Source: Takakia lepidozioides (Eukaryota; Plantae; Bryophyta). From it: a stretch of 64,000 bases of DNA. Where the stretch lies: assembly GCA_030704615.1 (NCBI GenBank), contig CM060731.1, positions 88,598,001-88,662,000 on the forward strand, read 5' to 3'. Position 1 is the stretch's first letter. Every line of letters begins with the position of its first letter. The position numbers and the translations under genes are program-made. Shown piece by piece: positions 28,842 to 40,200 of this stretch. The notes under the pieces are model-generated. The model made no database searches and was not told the DNA's origin. It saw only the letters and a list, made by a program, of their open reading frames with translations.

Positions 28842-29510
28842 CAATGTTGTATATTGTATGTGCACAGGTATCTGCAATGGTATCAAAGACCCTACCGGCC
28901 TAATATCAACCAGGAAAAATACCCCAGTTATGAACAGGTTGCCCCCAATAAATCCTAAAATAATACCCTGACTTCTACCAGACCAGTTTGGTATTCGTTT
29001 TTGGTCTATATTGTAAATACATGTGTTTCCTTGTCAACGATGCCGCAAGGTCCCAGGTAGTGTTTGTATTTGTCATACATCATAGTTGCGGGGGCGCTCC
29101 TTCAATGTTCAGTGTAGTGGCTGCTAATGTGATTGAATCCATCTAAAACTCAATCAATTTATGCAATCACTCTTTTGTTCTAGAGACACTTACAAATTTA
29201 TTTTTTTGTTACTACAGAAAGACTTCTTTGATTTGAAGTATCGCTTCGGGGTTTCGTTACAACATGCTCTTATTACCTGGTTGCTTGTGTCTTATCTAAT
29301 ACTAGACCTGGATATATGTACCACTGGTATCACCCAAACACCTACGCATATATTTATACCAGATTAAAAAAAAACATTTCTTTTTATTTATACCAGTCCA
29401 ATATCTAAAATTGTAGGAAATACCAGGACCTATCATGTCTCTAATTTAGTCCATACTTCAATACCAATACCTGTATGGTATGTCAAAATTCCGGTAGTGG
29501 TACAACATTG
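28842..29510. mobile_element. hAT-type MITE 2 of a tandem pair
   Basis: Perfect 10-bp TIR CAATGTTGTA/TACAACATTG; 8-bp TSD GTCTTTAC at 28834-28841 and 29511-29518; ATACCAG subterminal motifs. Confidence 0.9.
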
Positions 29511-30107
29511 GTCTTTACGTTTGGAAAAGCTTTTCCGTGAGAAAATGTGCACAAACAAGTGGTCATGGATTCAAAGCCACATAGGTGTATGGAAGATGTC
29601 AACCATTATAATCAACCCGCCTATAAAAATGAGATAGCTAGGTCAACTATATATTTAAAGAAACGAAGGGACTTTAGAGTCTTGGAGGTAGGTTTAGACA
29701 ATTGTGTTGCCCCATTTACAACCAGCAGAAGGTGTCCACCTTCCAAATGCCAGTAGTTCTTCGACGTGAAGTCATGACATCATACATATATTTCAGCATG
29801 AGTCTTGGGTAGCACGTGCGCAAGTTCATGCCTCAGTGAGCGTGCTAAGAGAATATATCAGAAATTCCAAGAACATTCTTAGAAGATACTTAGGCGAAAC
29901 TAAAATGTGCTCACACACAATATAAATGTAAAACTTTTCGAAATGTTTGCTCACGTGAGCACAAGCCACATATATGGGGCTTAGGGAATTTTCTTTGAGG
30001 GCCAATTCCTTATACCATGCCTGGTAATTGAATATTGTTGTATTTTTCATCATTCGATATTGTCACTCATAACCGTCCATAATATATAGTCACAGTTCAT
30101 TTTGTTT

Positions 30108-30674
30108 GGCTCTCATTTTAGAATAATTGGGTCTTTAAGTCTCACGTGTGGGCCAGGCAGCGCACGGACGCACAAACGCAAGGTCGTCCCCGCCTTCCCC
30201 CGCGACCACCCGACGGATCTACCCATGGGTCTGGGTCTGCTCGGGTGGTCTACTCGTGGGTCTGGTTCTGCTCAGGTCCAACTGTAGGGTCTACTCGCAG
30301 GTCCGGGTTTGCTCGGGTCTGCTCGGGACTTAGAAAATTTTCCGGGAAAACTCACCCGTAAAAAGGACCATCATTAATGCACATGCAGCACCATCCAGAG
30401 TCACCCACAGCCTCTCAAATATCAATCATTTCACCCGACCACCACACTACCACCACGCTACTACAAAAATATATATATCTCTTAACCGCAGTCAGCCCCA
30501 ACGTGGCCTAGGAGGGTGGACCCAGGGTCAGTGCCTGCGAACCCTACCTTGCGGACCGTAGCCACGTCATAGGTTGCGGTAGGGCCACCCGAAACCACCC
30601 CTCGTCCGTGCGTAGGGCCCCTTGCGTGGCCCACACTTGAGACTTAAAGACCCAATTATTCAAAAATGAGAGGC
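30108..30674. mobile_element. Mutator-like (MULE) MITE
   Basis: TIR of ~48 bp (CTCTCATTTT.GAATAATTGGGTCTTTAAGTCTCA.GTGTGGGCCA); 9-bp TSD ATTTTGTTT at 30099-30107 and 30675-30683. Confidence 0.9.
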
Positions 30675-31392
30675 ATTTTGTTTTGCCCACAAAACTGTTG
30701 GATGTTGACGAACCGCAATTATTACACGTTAGAACTATGAAACATCATAAAAAATAGCACCATTTTTAGTTTGAGTAGCTACTTTCCATCTCCTTTATAT
30801 ATATATACTAGTGTGGTCTGTCACATATTCCAAAATAACCCAATTTGCTCTTTTTTCATGAATTTCCAGTGACAAAAAATACTTGAAATTCAATATATCC
30901 CACAACACATGTCCAAAAATTATGAAACCGCCTCAATGCACCCTTACTTATTGAGGGCTTTCAGCGGTATCAAGACCCCGAACGGAGACCATGTGGTTTG
31001 GGAGATCTCAACGACGGTACGAAACAAAACAAGCGGCTAGTTGCGTAATGGCCCCACCCTAATTGAAAGGTTAGGATTGTCCGTCCTCATTTTATTGAAA
31101 TAAAAATTATAAATATTGAAAACATAAAATCAAAACTGTCCGAGCACATACAGTATTCCCTGAGAAAAAAAATTTAAAAAAAATTATGGAAATATTTTAT
31201 GTTTTTACCACGATAGAAAATAACAATAATAAATTAATTACAAAGAACAAATGCGAAAAGATAAAATTGAATGAATGAGGAGGGATAAATTTGAAAAGAA
31301 CTGACTATAATGGAATTCAAATGTGATAAAACCAAAAAGAAGTGAATGTAATGGAAGTCACTATCATAAAATTGAGAGAAAAGTGAATATCA

Positions 31393-31545
31393 TAGAGCTG
31401 AAGGGATAAATCTGAAGGGAATTGAATATAATAGAACTGAAGGGATAAATCTGAAGGGAACTGAATATAATAGAACTGAAGGGATAAATCTGAAAGGAAC
31501 TGACATTGACCTGAAGGGATAAATCTGAAGGGAACTGAATATAAT
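31393..31545. repeat. 39-bp tandem repeat, ~4 copies
   Basis: tagaactgaagggataaatctgaagggaactgaatataa repeated. Confidence 0.9.
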
Positions 31546-32199
31546 GCAAATTTAGCACTCACCAAGTTAGGAATGAATGGGTAATAATAGGCAGATGAGA
31601 ATCTAGAGTTTCACACCTACTTTTCCAAACAACTGTTGTTAACAACGCCCATACAAGTGTGCCCATTGACTTTCCCACACACTCATACATACCTATGAAA
31701 GATCATAAACAACAGGCTTGCCCAAGGACTCTTTGGTTCCTATAAAATAAAGTATATTGAAGCACATTGAAACATTATGATATGACATTTTTTGAAATCC
31801 CCATTGATGAGCCTAATTTATTTAGTAATTCCATATGCATGCGTCAATCTGCAGGCCAGCTCCATTGTACTGATGCAGGCTTGAAAACATATTTATGATT
31901 GATAAAAGTTTCAACTATAATTTCATATTCTTTTTTAAATAAATTAATTAATATACATAACCGGTTGTATAACCCTCAGTTATAGCGAAAATGATAACCG
32001 GATTTATGGATATCCGGAAAAAACATGTCACTCTTAACCGCAACCGGCAGGTTATTAGAAAGTCAATAAATTGAAGTAACCAGCCTACAAGGTTCTTTCA
32101 ATATTGAGTTCCAATGTAACCACAACCGCCTGTTAGAAAAATATATAAATAACCGCCCAACACTGGTTAGTACCTATGTTAAAAATAAAAATAAAATTA

Positions 32200-33562
32200 G
32201 GATATTATTTATAACTACCCTTAGGACTCCTTAGGATTGCCCTAAGGAGTTGTAAGGGGGAAAATAGAAATATATAGATTATAAGAAAATAAAAACATAT
32301 ATATTATTATTTATAATTACCCTTAGGACTTCTTAGGATAGTCCTACGGAGTCCTAAGAGGAGAAAAATGGAAAGTCATAAATAATTGCCCTTAAGACCC
32401 GTTTAGGCAACCTAATGAGTTAGAAGAGGGGGAAAATGGAACATATAATTATTATTATCTATAATTGCCCTTAGGACTCCTTAGGATTGCCCTAAGGAGT
32501 TCTAAGAGGGGAAAATAGAAATATATAAATTATTATTATAATTGCCGTTATGACTCCTTAGGATGGTCCGAAGGAGTAGAGGGAAAAATAAAAACATAGA
32601 CCTTAGGAATAATTGCCCTTAAGACCCGTTTAGGCAGCCTAAGGGGTTATAAGAGGGGGAAAATAGAAACGTATAAATTATTATTTATAATTGCCCTTAG
32701 GACTCCTCAGGACGGCCTAAGGAGTCCTAAGAGAGGGGAAAATAAAAATATATAAATTATTATTTATAATTACCTTTAGGACTTCATAGGACAGTCCTAA
32801 GGAGTCCTAAGATGAGAAAAATGGAAAGACATAAATAATTGCTCTTAAGACCCGTTTAGGCAACCTAAGAGTTTATAAGAGGAGGAAAATAAAAACATAT
32901 AAATTATTATCTATAATTGCCCTTAGGACTCCTTAGGGCCGCCCTAAGGAGTCCTAAGAAGGGGAAAATTGAAAGAGGTAAATTATTATTTATAATTGCC
33001 CTAGTAGGGCCGCCCTAAGAAGTCCTAAGAAGGGGAAAATTGAAAGAGGTCAATTATTATTTATAATTGCCCTAAGGGAGGAAAATAAAAACATATAAAT
33101 TATTATTTATAATTACCTTTAGGATTTCTTAGAATAGTCCTAAGAGGAAAAAAAATGGAAAGACATAAATAATCGCCCTTAAGCCGTTTCGGCAACCTAA
33201 AGGGTTATAAGAGGGGTAAACTAGAAACATATAAATGATTATCTATAATTGCGGGTCCTAAGGAGTCCTAAGGAGGGGAAAACTGAAAGATGTAAAATTA
33301 TTATTTATAATTGCCTTTATGACTCCTTAGGGCACCCCTAAAGAGTCCTAAGAGTGGGAAAATAGAATGACATAAATTATTATTTATAATAGCCTCCTAA
33401 GAGGGGGAAAATGGAAATATGTATTTTGTTATTTATAATTGCCATTAGGACTCCTTAGGGCGGCCTTAAGGAGTCCTAAGAGGGGAAAATAGAAAGATGT
33501 AAATTGTTCTTTTTTATTGCTCTTAGGACTCCTTAGGGCGGCCCTAAAGAGTCCTAAGGGGA
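32200..33562. repeat. Hairpin minisatellite: about 20 units of ~60-80 bp, each carrying an inverted repeat
   Basis: Unit consensus ATAAATTATTATTTATAATTGCC-CTTAGGACTCCTTAGG-N4-6-CCTAAGGAGTCCTAAG-AGGGGAAAAT. A variant unit (CTTAAGACCCGTTTAGGCAACCTAA) recurs every third or so unit. Confidence 0.9.
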
Positions 33563-33859
33563 AAATAAAATAAAATACTATAATAAATATATCAACTTTA
33601 AGAATCACTTGTACTATTTATTGGTATGTACCGACAATATGTATGTGACACCATTTATTACAATTAAAACAAGATTTTATCTTCGATAAACGTTCATACA
33701 GCTATTTGTAATGCACCGACATCCTTTTTCAAATAAACCTTCATGAGTTAGTACATATTCAAAAAATGTGTGGGATAAGTAATAAATAGCAACTTTTCAT
33801 TCTGTTTTCATCCAATTATTTTATTTTTCATTCATTCTTTTTAGACTGTACCTCACTTT

Positions 33860-34710
33860 TTTCCCTATAAGTATAGAAAACGAGGATCATTTTCTTCTCT
33901 TTCTTCCGCAAGTTGTTTGCAGACAATAGAACTATAGAACTTTCTCTTCCTTGTTCTCTTTCATTCTGTTCTCTTTTTTTTCTTTGAAAACTCTATAAGT
34001 ATACAGAATGAGGATCATTTTCTTCACTTTCTTCTGCAAGCAAGCTTTTTGCATAGAATAGAATTGTCTCTCAGTTCTGCTCATTTGCCATCATTTGTTT
34101 TTCTTCTTTGCTGCTATTGTTTGTTTATGTTTCTTTGTTCTTTCGGTTCCGTGAAAAAATAGAACTGTCTCTTAGTTCTTCTTAGTAGCCTTCATTTGTC
34201 TTTCACTTTCTGTTCTTTGTTTTCTTTCCTGTTTCTTCTTTGCTTTTGTTGTTTGTTTATGTTGCTTTGTTCTTTTGGTTCTGTGGCAAAATGAACTGTC
34301 TACTAGTTCTAGTTCTGAATAGCCTTCATTTGTTTTTTTCCTTCGTTTTCTGTTCTTTGTTTATGTTTCTTTCCGATCTCTATTCTTTGTATTTCTGTGT
34401 GAATTGTACAGCAAAATAGAACTTTCCATTCTTTCTTTCTCTTCGTTATTTCTCTTTCGTTTTGTTTCTTTGCTCTTCGTTTGTCTTTCTTCTTTGCTTC
34501 TGTTGTTTGTTTATGTTTTTTTGTTCTTTCGGTTCTGTGGCAAAATAATGTCTCCTAGTTCTTCTGAGTAGCCTTCATTTGTTTTTTTCTTTCACTTTCT
34601 GTCTTTGTTTATATATATTTTTTAATCTCTGTTCTTTGTACTTCTGTGTGAATTACTCAGCGGAATAAAACCTTCCCTTCTTTCTTTCTCTTTCGTTTTG
34701 TTTTGTTTTT
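33860..34710. repeat. Pyrimidine-rich degenerate tandem duplication
   Basis: Block gttcttt.ggttc.gtg.aaaa...gtctc..agttct...agccttcatttg recurs at ~34137, 34269 and 34523. Confidence 0.7.
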
Positions 34711-35825
34711 TTTTGTTCTAACATATTTGACACACTATCAGATAACTACCAAAAACACTATCTTATATTTCCAAGAAATCATCAAAATTCATTACACTAT
34801 GATTATGCCACTTGAATGTTACATCATAATCTATAGTGTATATGATATTCAAGCATGATATCAATATAGTATATACAAGTTAGAGATTATAAATATTTAA
34901 TTATAATCAGAATTATATATATAGTATAAGTAAGTATATGAAAAATGAATATTTATATTATATTAAATAAATAAATTTAAAAATAATTAAATGTATTTTA
35001 AAATCTACCTATAATCTAACGACGCTACACAAATCAACTATCATTCCATCAACCAGTCAATTATCATAAATCAATCATTATCAGTTACAATCATGTGTTA
35101 TTTTTATTTCCTACATAATTATTTATTCATATCACTTTATATCTTATCATTATATTTTTATATTTCAAATTTAAAATATTTTATAATTTATATAAATAAA
35201 CATACTAAAAACTTTATTTACAAGAATCAAAATTATAATTTATTTATTTATTTAAACATAATGATGTATATTATATATCATAAAATAAATATATTGTCAA
35301 TTTATACCATGCTTTCAATGTCAGATTCATCATTCCAATTTAAATCAAATCAATCAAGTTATCTAACATATTACATCTCAAAAACTTCAAATATTTCAAA
35401 TATACTATTTAATTAACGAATTTAATTAACGAATAATAATTTAAAATAGATATATATATTATAATATGTATTAAATACTTTAAATATAAATCAATATATA
35501 ATATGTTATGTACAATACTATATTATATCATGTTTTCAACCTCAGATTTCATCATTTCAATAAATTCAAGATCCATTCAATCAAATTGTTTATCATATTA
35601 TATTTCAAAATCTCCATTTTTTTTAACCTTTATGGTTAATCTTTAAGGCCTTTGGGCCATAATTTTTGTATGCTATAATGGATAGCTGTAAGGGTTCGAA
35701 TCCCTATACAAAAAAAATTCTTTTTGGTGAAAACCAGGGCTGAAACCAGTCCAATCTGATATAGGAGTTTTTTTTTTGTTTTTTTTTTTGGTGGTTTTTT
35801 TTTTTTTGGTTTGTTTTTGTTTAAT

Positions 35826-36600
35826 CACTCTAAAAAATCCTTAGAGCGGCTCAGAGCGGCTCTAAGGGATCCTTAGATCGATTGCAAATAGCAATATAGT
35901 TTATTATGTTTTCTTACTCTAAGTAATGCTTAGATCAAATGTGAATAGCCATTTAGATTTTTTTTGTTTTCCCGCTCTAATAAATCCTTAGAGCGGCTTT
36001 GAAGGATCCTTGTAGCAAATACAAATAGCAATGTAGCTTTTTCTGTTTCCCAGCTGTAGAAAATCCTAGAGAGGCTTAGAGCGGCTCTAAGGGACCCTTA
36101 GAGCGAATGTAAATAGCAATTTATCTTTTTTTATTTTCTTACTCTAAGTAATACTTACATAGAATGTAAGTAGCAAATTAGTTTTTTTTGTTTTTCCACT
36201 CTAAAAAAACCCCTAGAGCGGCTCTAAAGGATTCTTAGAGCGAATATAAATAGCAATTTAGCTTTTTCTGTTTTCCCGCTGTATGAAATCCTTAGAGTGG
36301 CTTAGAGCGGTTCTAAGGGATCCTTAGAACGAACGTAAATAGCAATTTAGCTTGTTTATTTTTTCGAATCTAACAAAAACCAATCTTACATTGGCGGATA
36401 TTCAGGGATCGTTAGAATAAATGTAAAAAATATGTTAAGGTTTATCTTACCGATTTGTTTTCCCGCTCTATAAAATTGGCTTAGAACGCTATAAGGGATC
36501 CTTACCAACAAACGTAAATAATAATTTAGTTTTTTTTATTTTTCCAATTTAAGAGATCCTTACATTGGCTCTAAGGAATCATTAGAATAAATGTAAAAAA
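35826..36600. repeat. Second palindrome-bearing minisatellite
   Basis: Repeated units CTCTAA...ATCCTTAGAGCGGCTCTAAGGGATCCTTAGAGCGAATGTAAATAGCAATTTAG...TTTTT; contains the inverted repeat CCTTAGAG-CGG-CTCTAAGG. Confidence 0.85.
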
Positions 36601-37210
36601 TATGTTTAGGGTTTTTCTTCTTGGTCATGGTTGACTGTTGAGGCCCTATGGCACCATTTGAGATTTAAATCTTCTTCCCCTTCAATAATTCAACTATTAA
36701 AAATATAGTTATTTGGCTAAAAATAATGTGATTTTTTGGCTAAAATATATTAAGGTTTAGCCAGAACTTGTCGACGTGGCCTTCTGTCTTGCCAAGAAAC
36801 AAAAACTTGGCACTAGCTGGCATCCTAAAGAAAAATTATACAAAGTTAGCTGGACACTACGACCTACCCACCAGAACACCTCAAAATATGCAGAAAATAA
36901 ATCGTGTGACGAAAAAATACTGAGACAGTACACAATACTTTTGTTTTATTTCCAAATCTTACACAGTTACCTTGCAAAATTTCATGGCATCAATGGCTGC
37001 CAACCAGAGGCCTAGTGATTAAGTCCAAAATTGAAGGACTCAATATAGTTAATCACTTTGCCTACTGTTGCTCGAAAAAAATGTTTGAGGGGGCTTCAGT
37101 AAGTTTACAAACCAGTCAGACAAGTTTGGCTTTACACATTGTTAGGCTGAGAAACCTACAAAGGTGCAGATAGAAGGGACCTTGGATCCTTACTCCAAGT
37201 ATGATAAATC

Positions 37211-40200
37211 CTAAAGGGACAGGAATTTGATTCTTAAGGAGGATGACAATCTATCTTGTTGACTGTTGTCCAAGGAATTATACCACCCCCTTACAATGGC
37301 CATGTACTTGCTCTGCTCTGTCTCTGCTGCTAGTGCTTTTACCTTCAGATCATCATCAGATATAGGCGAGGCAAGCTGCAAAAGCGCTTGAGCTGCTGCG
37401 GCCTGTGCAGCCTCTGAAAAACCATCATGCAGCAGTACTGCACACAGCCGCTCCCTCAGAAGCTCGACACCTGGTAGCTCGTTTACTCCGTTGATGATGC
37501 CCAATCTGCAGAGTGAAAACATAACTGATAATCAGCTGAAAGCACATGAACTAGCCATACTGACACCAGGAAAAATGTGCCAGCAGGAAGTTGTCAAGAG
37601 ATCCTATTGCACAAACATGGCAGCCAGACATGATGCATAGATGGTTTAGGCGGGATATGATTTCTAAGATCTGCACACTGCAAACGAGGATCTGGAGAAA
37701 CTGAGAAGCTGATGTGACAACAGCTGGAGTTAAAAACAGATGTAAGCAGATTTAAGTTTGTATACCGGTTGAGAGTTTAGAGACGTGTACACACACACAC
37801 ACCTTCCAAGGATGCCGAGTAGATGTGCAACAACGACAACAGTAACTTGCACAGCTCCAGGGGTCACCATGCTCCATAAATGGCCTATAATGAGGTCATT
37901 GTAGGTCCACTCCCAGCCCTGTGCAACATCCATCCCAGGCAGTCCATCAGTCACCAAGAGTTTCCGAAAATTCCACCCCTGCATCATACCAGTATTTATG
38001 CTACAAAATGTGCATGTGCATGTGCTTACCACCATATCACTACAGAGAAATCGGACTTCTTATGCTAGAGCCTTGGCGTAGTGTAGCGAGACAATTCCTT
38101 GAAGATTTTAGAAAATGCAATCCCCTACAAGCTAAACCCCCCTGAGCTAAGATTCCTCAACAGCAGTATTTGGTGGGCAAAATTTGGGCAATGTACCATC
38201 TATGGTGCAGTTGTGTATCCAGAAAGCTAAGTTGAAGAACAGAAGGAAAGTCACATGGTACAGCAACTAAAGGTGTAATTCCAATAATGAACTTCTCAGA
38301 AAAGATAACAGTTTTACTCCCTGGTGACACTACCATCTCAATTTGACGTCTTCAATGTCATTGCTGTAAATTGTACAAGGACCGAAGAGGTGCATACCAG
38401 ATGAAGTGCCACAAGTTCCAGAGCATGGGATGTGCTACAGAAACTGCTTTGCAAGTCATGGCCTCCTGTAGAATCCACTTGCAACAGTTCAGATCGAGAC
38501 CCATGCTGTACCACTCTTGCCTTCATAACCTCCTTTGTTTCTCCTGTCTTGAAGGACTGAGTTGTGCCAACTTCAGAGTGGCAAGGCCTCAGGCTGCCTG
38601 CACCTACATCTAGCAAGCAAGTGGCTGGCTGGGCTGGACACTTCATTTCTTCAGAACCTGCACCACCGGAGGCCCTCACCATAAAGCTGCAGTCCACACT
38701 TGCTGGATGCACATTAATTGTAGAGATGGAACCCTGTGGAGATGACAGGACATGCTGGAGTGCCTCCAGCAGTATGGGCAGAAATCCCCGCAGCCCGTGC
38801 TTACTCTCTACCCCAAGGCAATCACGAAGTAGCTGCAACTCCTGCCCATTCAGTAGCAAACCTTCACCTTCTTTGAACTCAGGTTGTGGGTTTATCTTTT
38901 CCTTTCGACTTCTACCTGTGTCCACATCAATCAGGAGTTCGGCAATGATTGCATGCACAGCTTGGTCTACCAGATCATTGGCTGCAGTAGCAAAAATAGC
39001 ATTGCCACACACAAAAGCAAAGGAGGATATTGTTGCAAGCAGCCAGCTGCTTTCGTGCAAACAGTTACGAAGTACTGCATATACTACGCCTTGCAAGACA
39101 CCCAACTTGCCGTATGCTTGACACAATGCTGCCAGTATCTTGGCTCCTGCCTTCACTTTCTCAATTGTCCTTTCTTGACAAATGCATCCTGAATATTGTG
39201 AGCAAGGTTCTCTGCAATATTCCTGCTGAATGCCTGAAGTAGAAAGTGCCTCGAGGTTGTCAACTCCGCAAAGTTGGAAGTTGCCTTTGATCACAAATCT
39301 CTGTAGCTGTCTCACAAGAAAATCGATTGCCTGGCACTCGGGTGGTAGCATCTCCAGCAGTTCCTTGCAGGTCATCACTGCATAATAGCAAATTCAGAGG
39401 CTCAGAAAGACCCTTGCACTTGACGGCATCTGTAGTTACTGATTGGGATCCTTGGAAATCAAACCAGTCAAGTAGACAAACAGAAAAACATCTTACAGTG
39501 GATTAAAAGATGGCTTGCAAGACTCTTTCCACGTCATAGCTTCTTTCTCCTACCTTCTGATTTGAAAGTCACTTAACAAAATGGAATCTACCTTGCTTCA
39601 CACATGCAACCAGTTGACCCAGGACATCTTGAAGAGAAAGCTGTGGAGAGGGAAAGAGTTCCATTCTACACTCATGCTGCCACAGCAACAACACCTCGGC
39701 TAATGCCAAAGCCAACATGCCCAACAAGTCCCTACAAAACCCACATATCATCAAATTAGAAGAGCAGCCAAAACTTCTTAGTCTTCCTCCATTTCATCGT
39801 TGGATACCCAAGCACTCCAACACTAGTTTGTGTGGAAACTCCTCATGAGTTGTGTAACCTCTACAAATCCAGTTTGAATCTTCACTCCTCACAACAAGCT
39901 TACTCAAGAAAGTTGTGTGTCGTGTGTATGGTTTAGGATTTGACGAGGTTAAAAAACTTCCCTCGTCCATCATGATTCCTGAACTTCAAACCACATTTAC
40001 TTTCACTAAGGGATCCAGCATGCAATAGGCCCAAACCTGTGTAAGTCGTCTGCCCCTTCCTCTACTGCTTCTGAGGTTCCCAATCAATATTCCTCTAAAA
40101 ATGAAAAGCCCAGGGGTTGAATGTTTAAAGCAGAACAAGCAGGGAACCCAGATGAAATGGATTCGATCCACTAATCTTGGATGCCCTTGTACGTAAACCT

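Noticed and set aside
32200-33562. CRISPR-like hairpin repeat array
   Set aside because: The linkers are repeated rather than unique, so this is a minisatellite.
35093-35416. 107-aa ORF, or an organellar insertion, in the very AT-rich tract
   Set aside because: The composition reflects AT bias only (I/Y/N/F/K); no organellar gene is recognisable.
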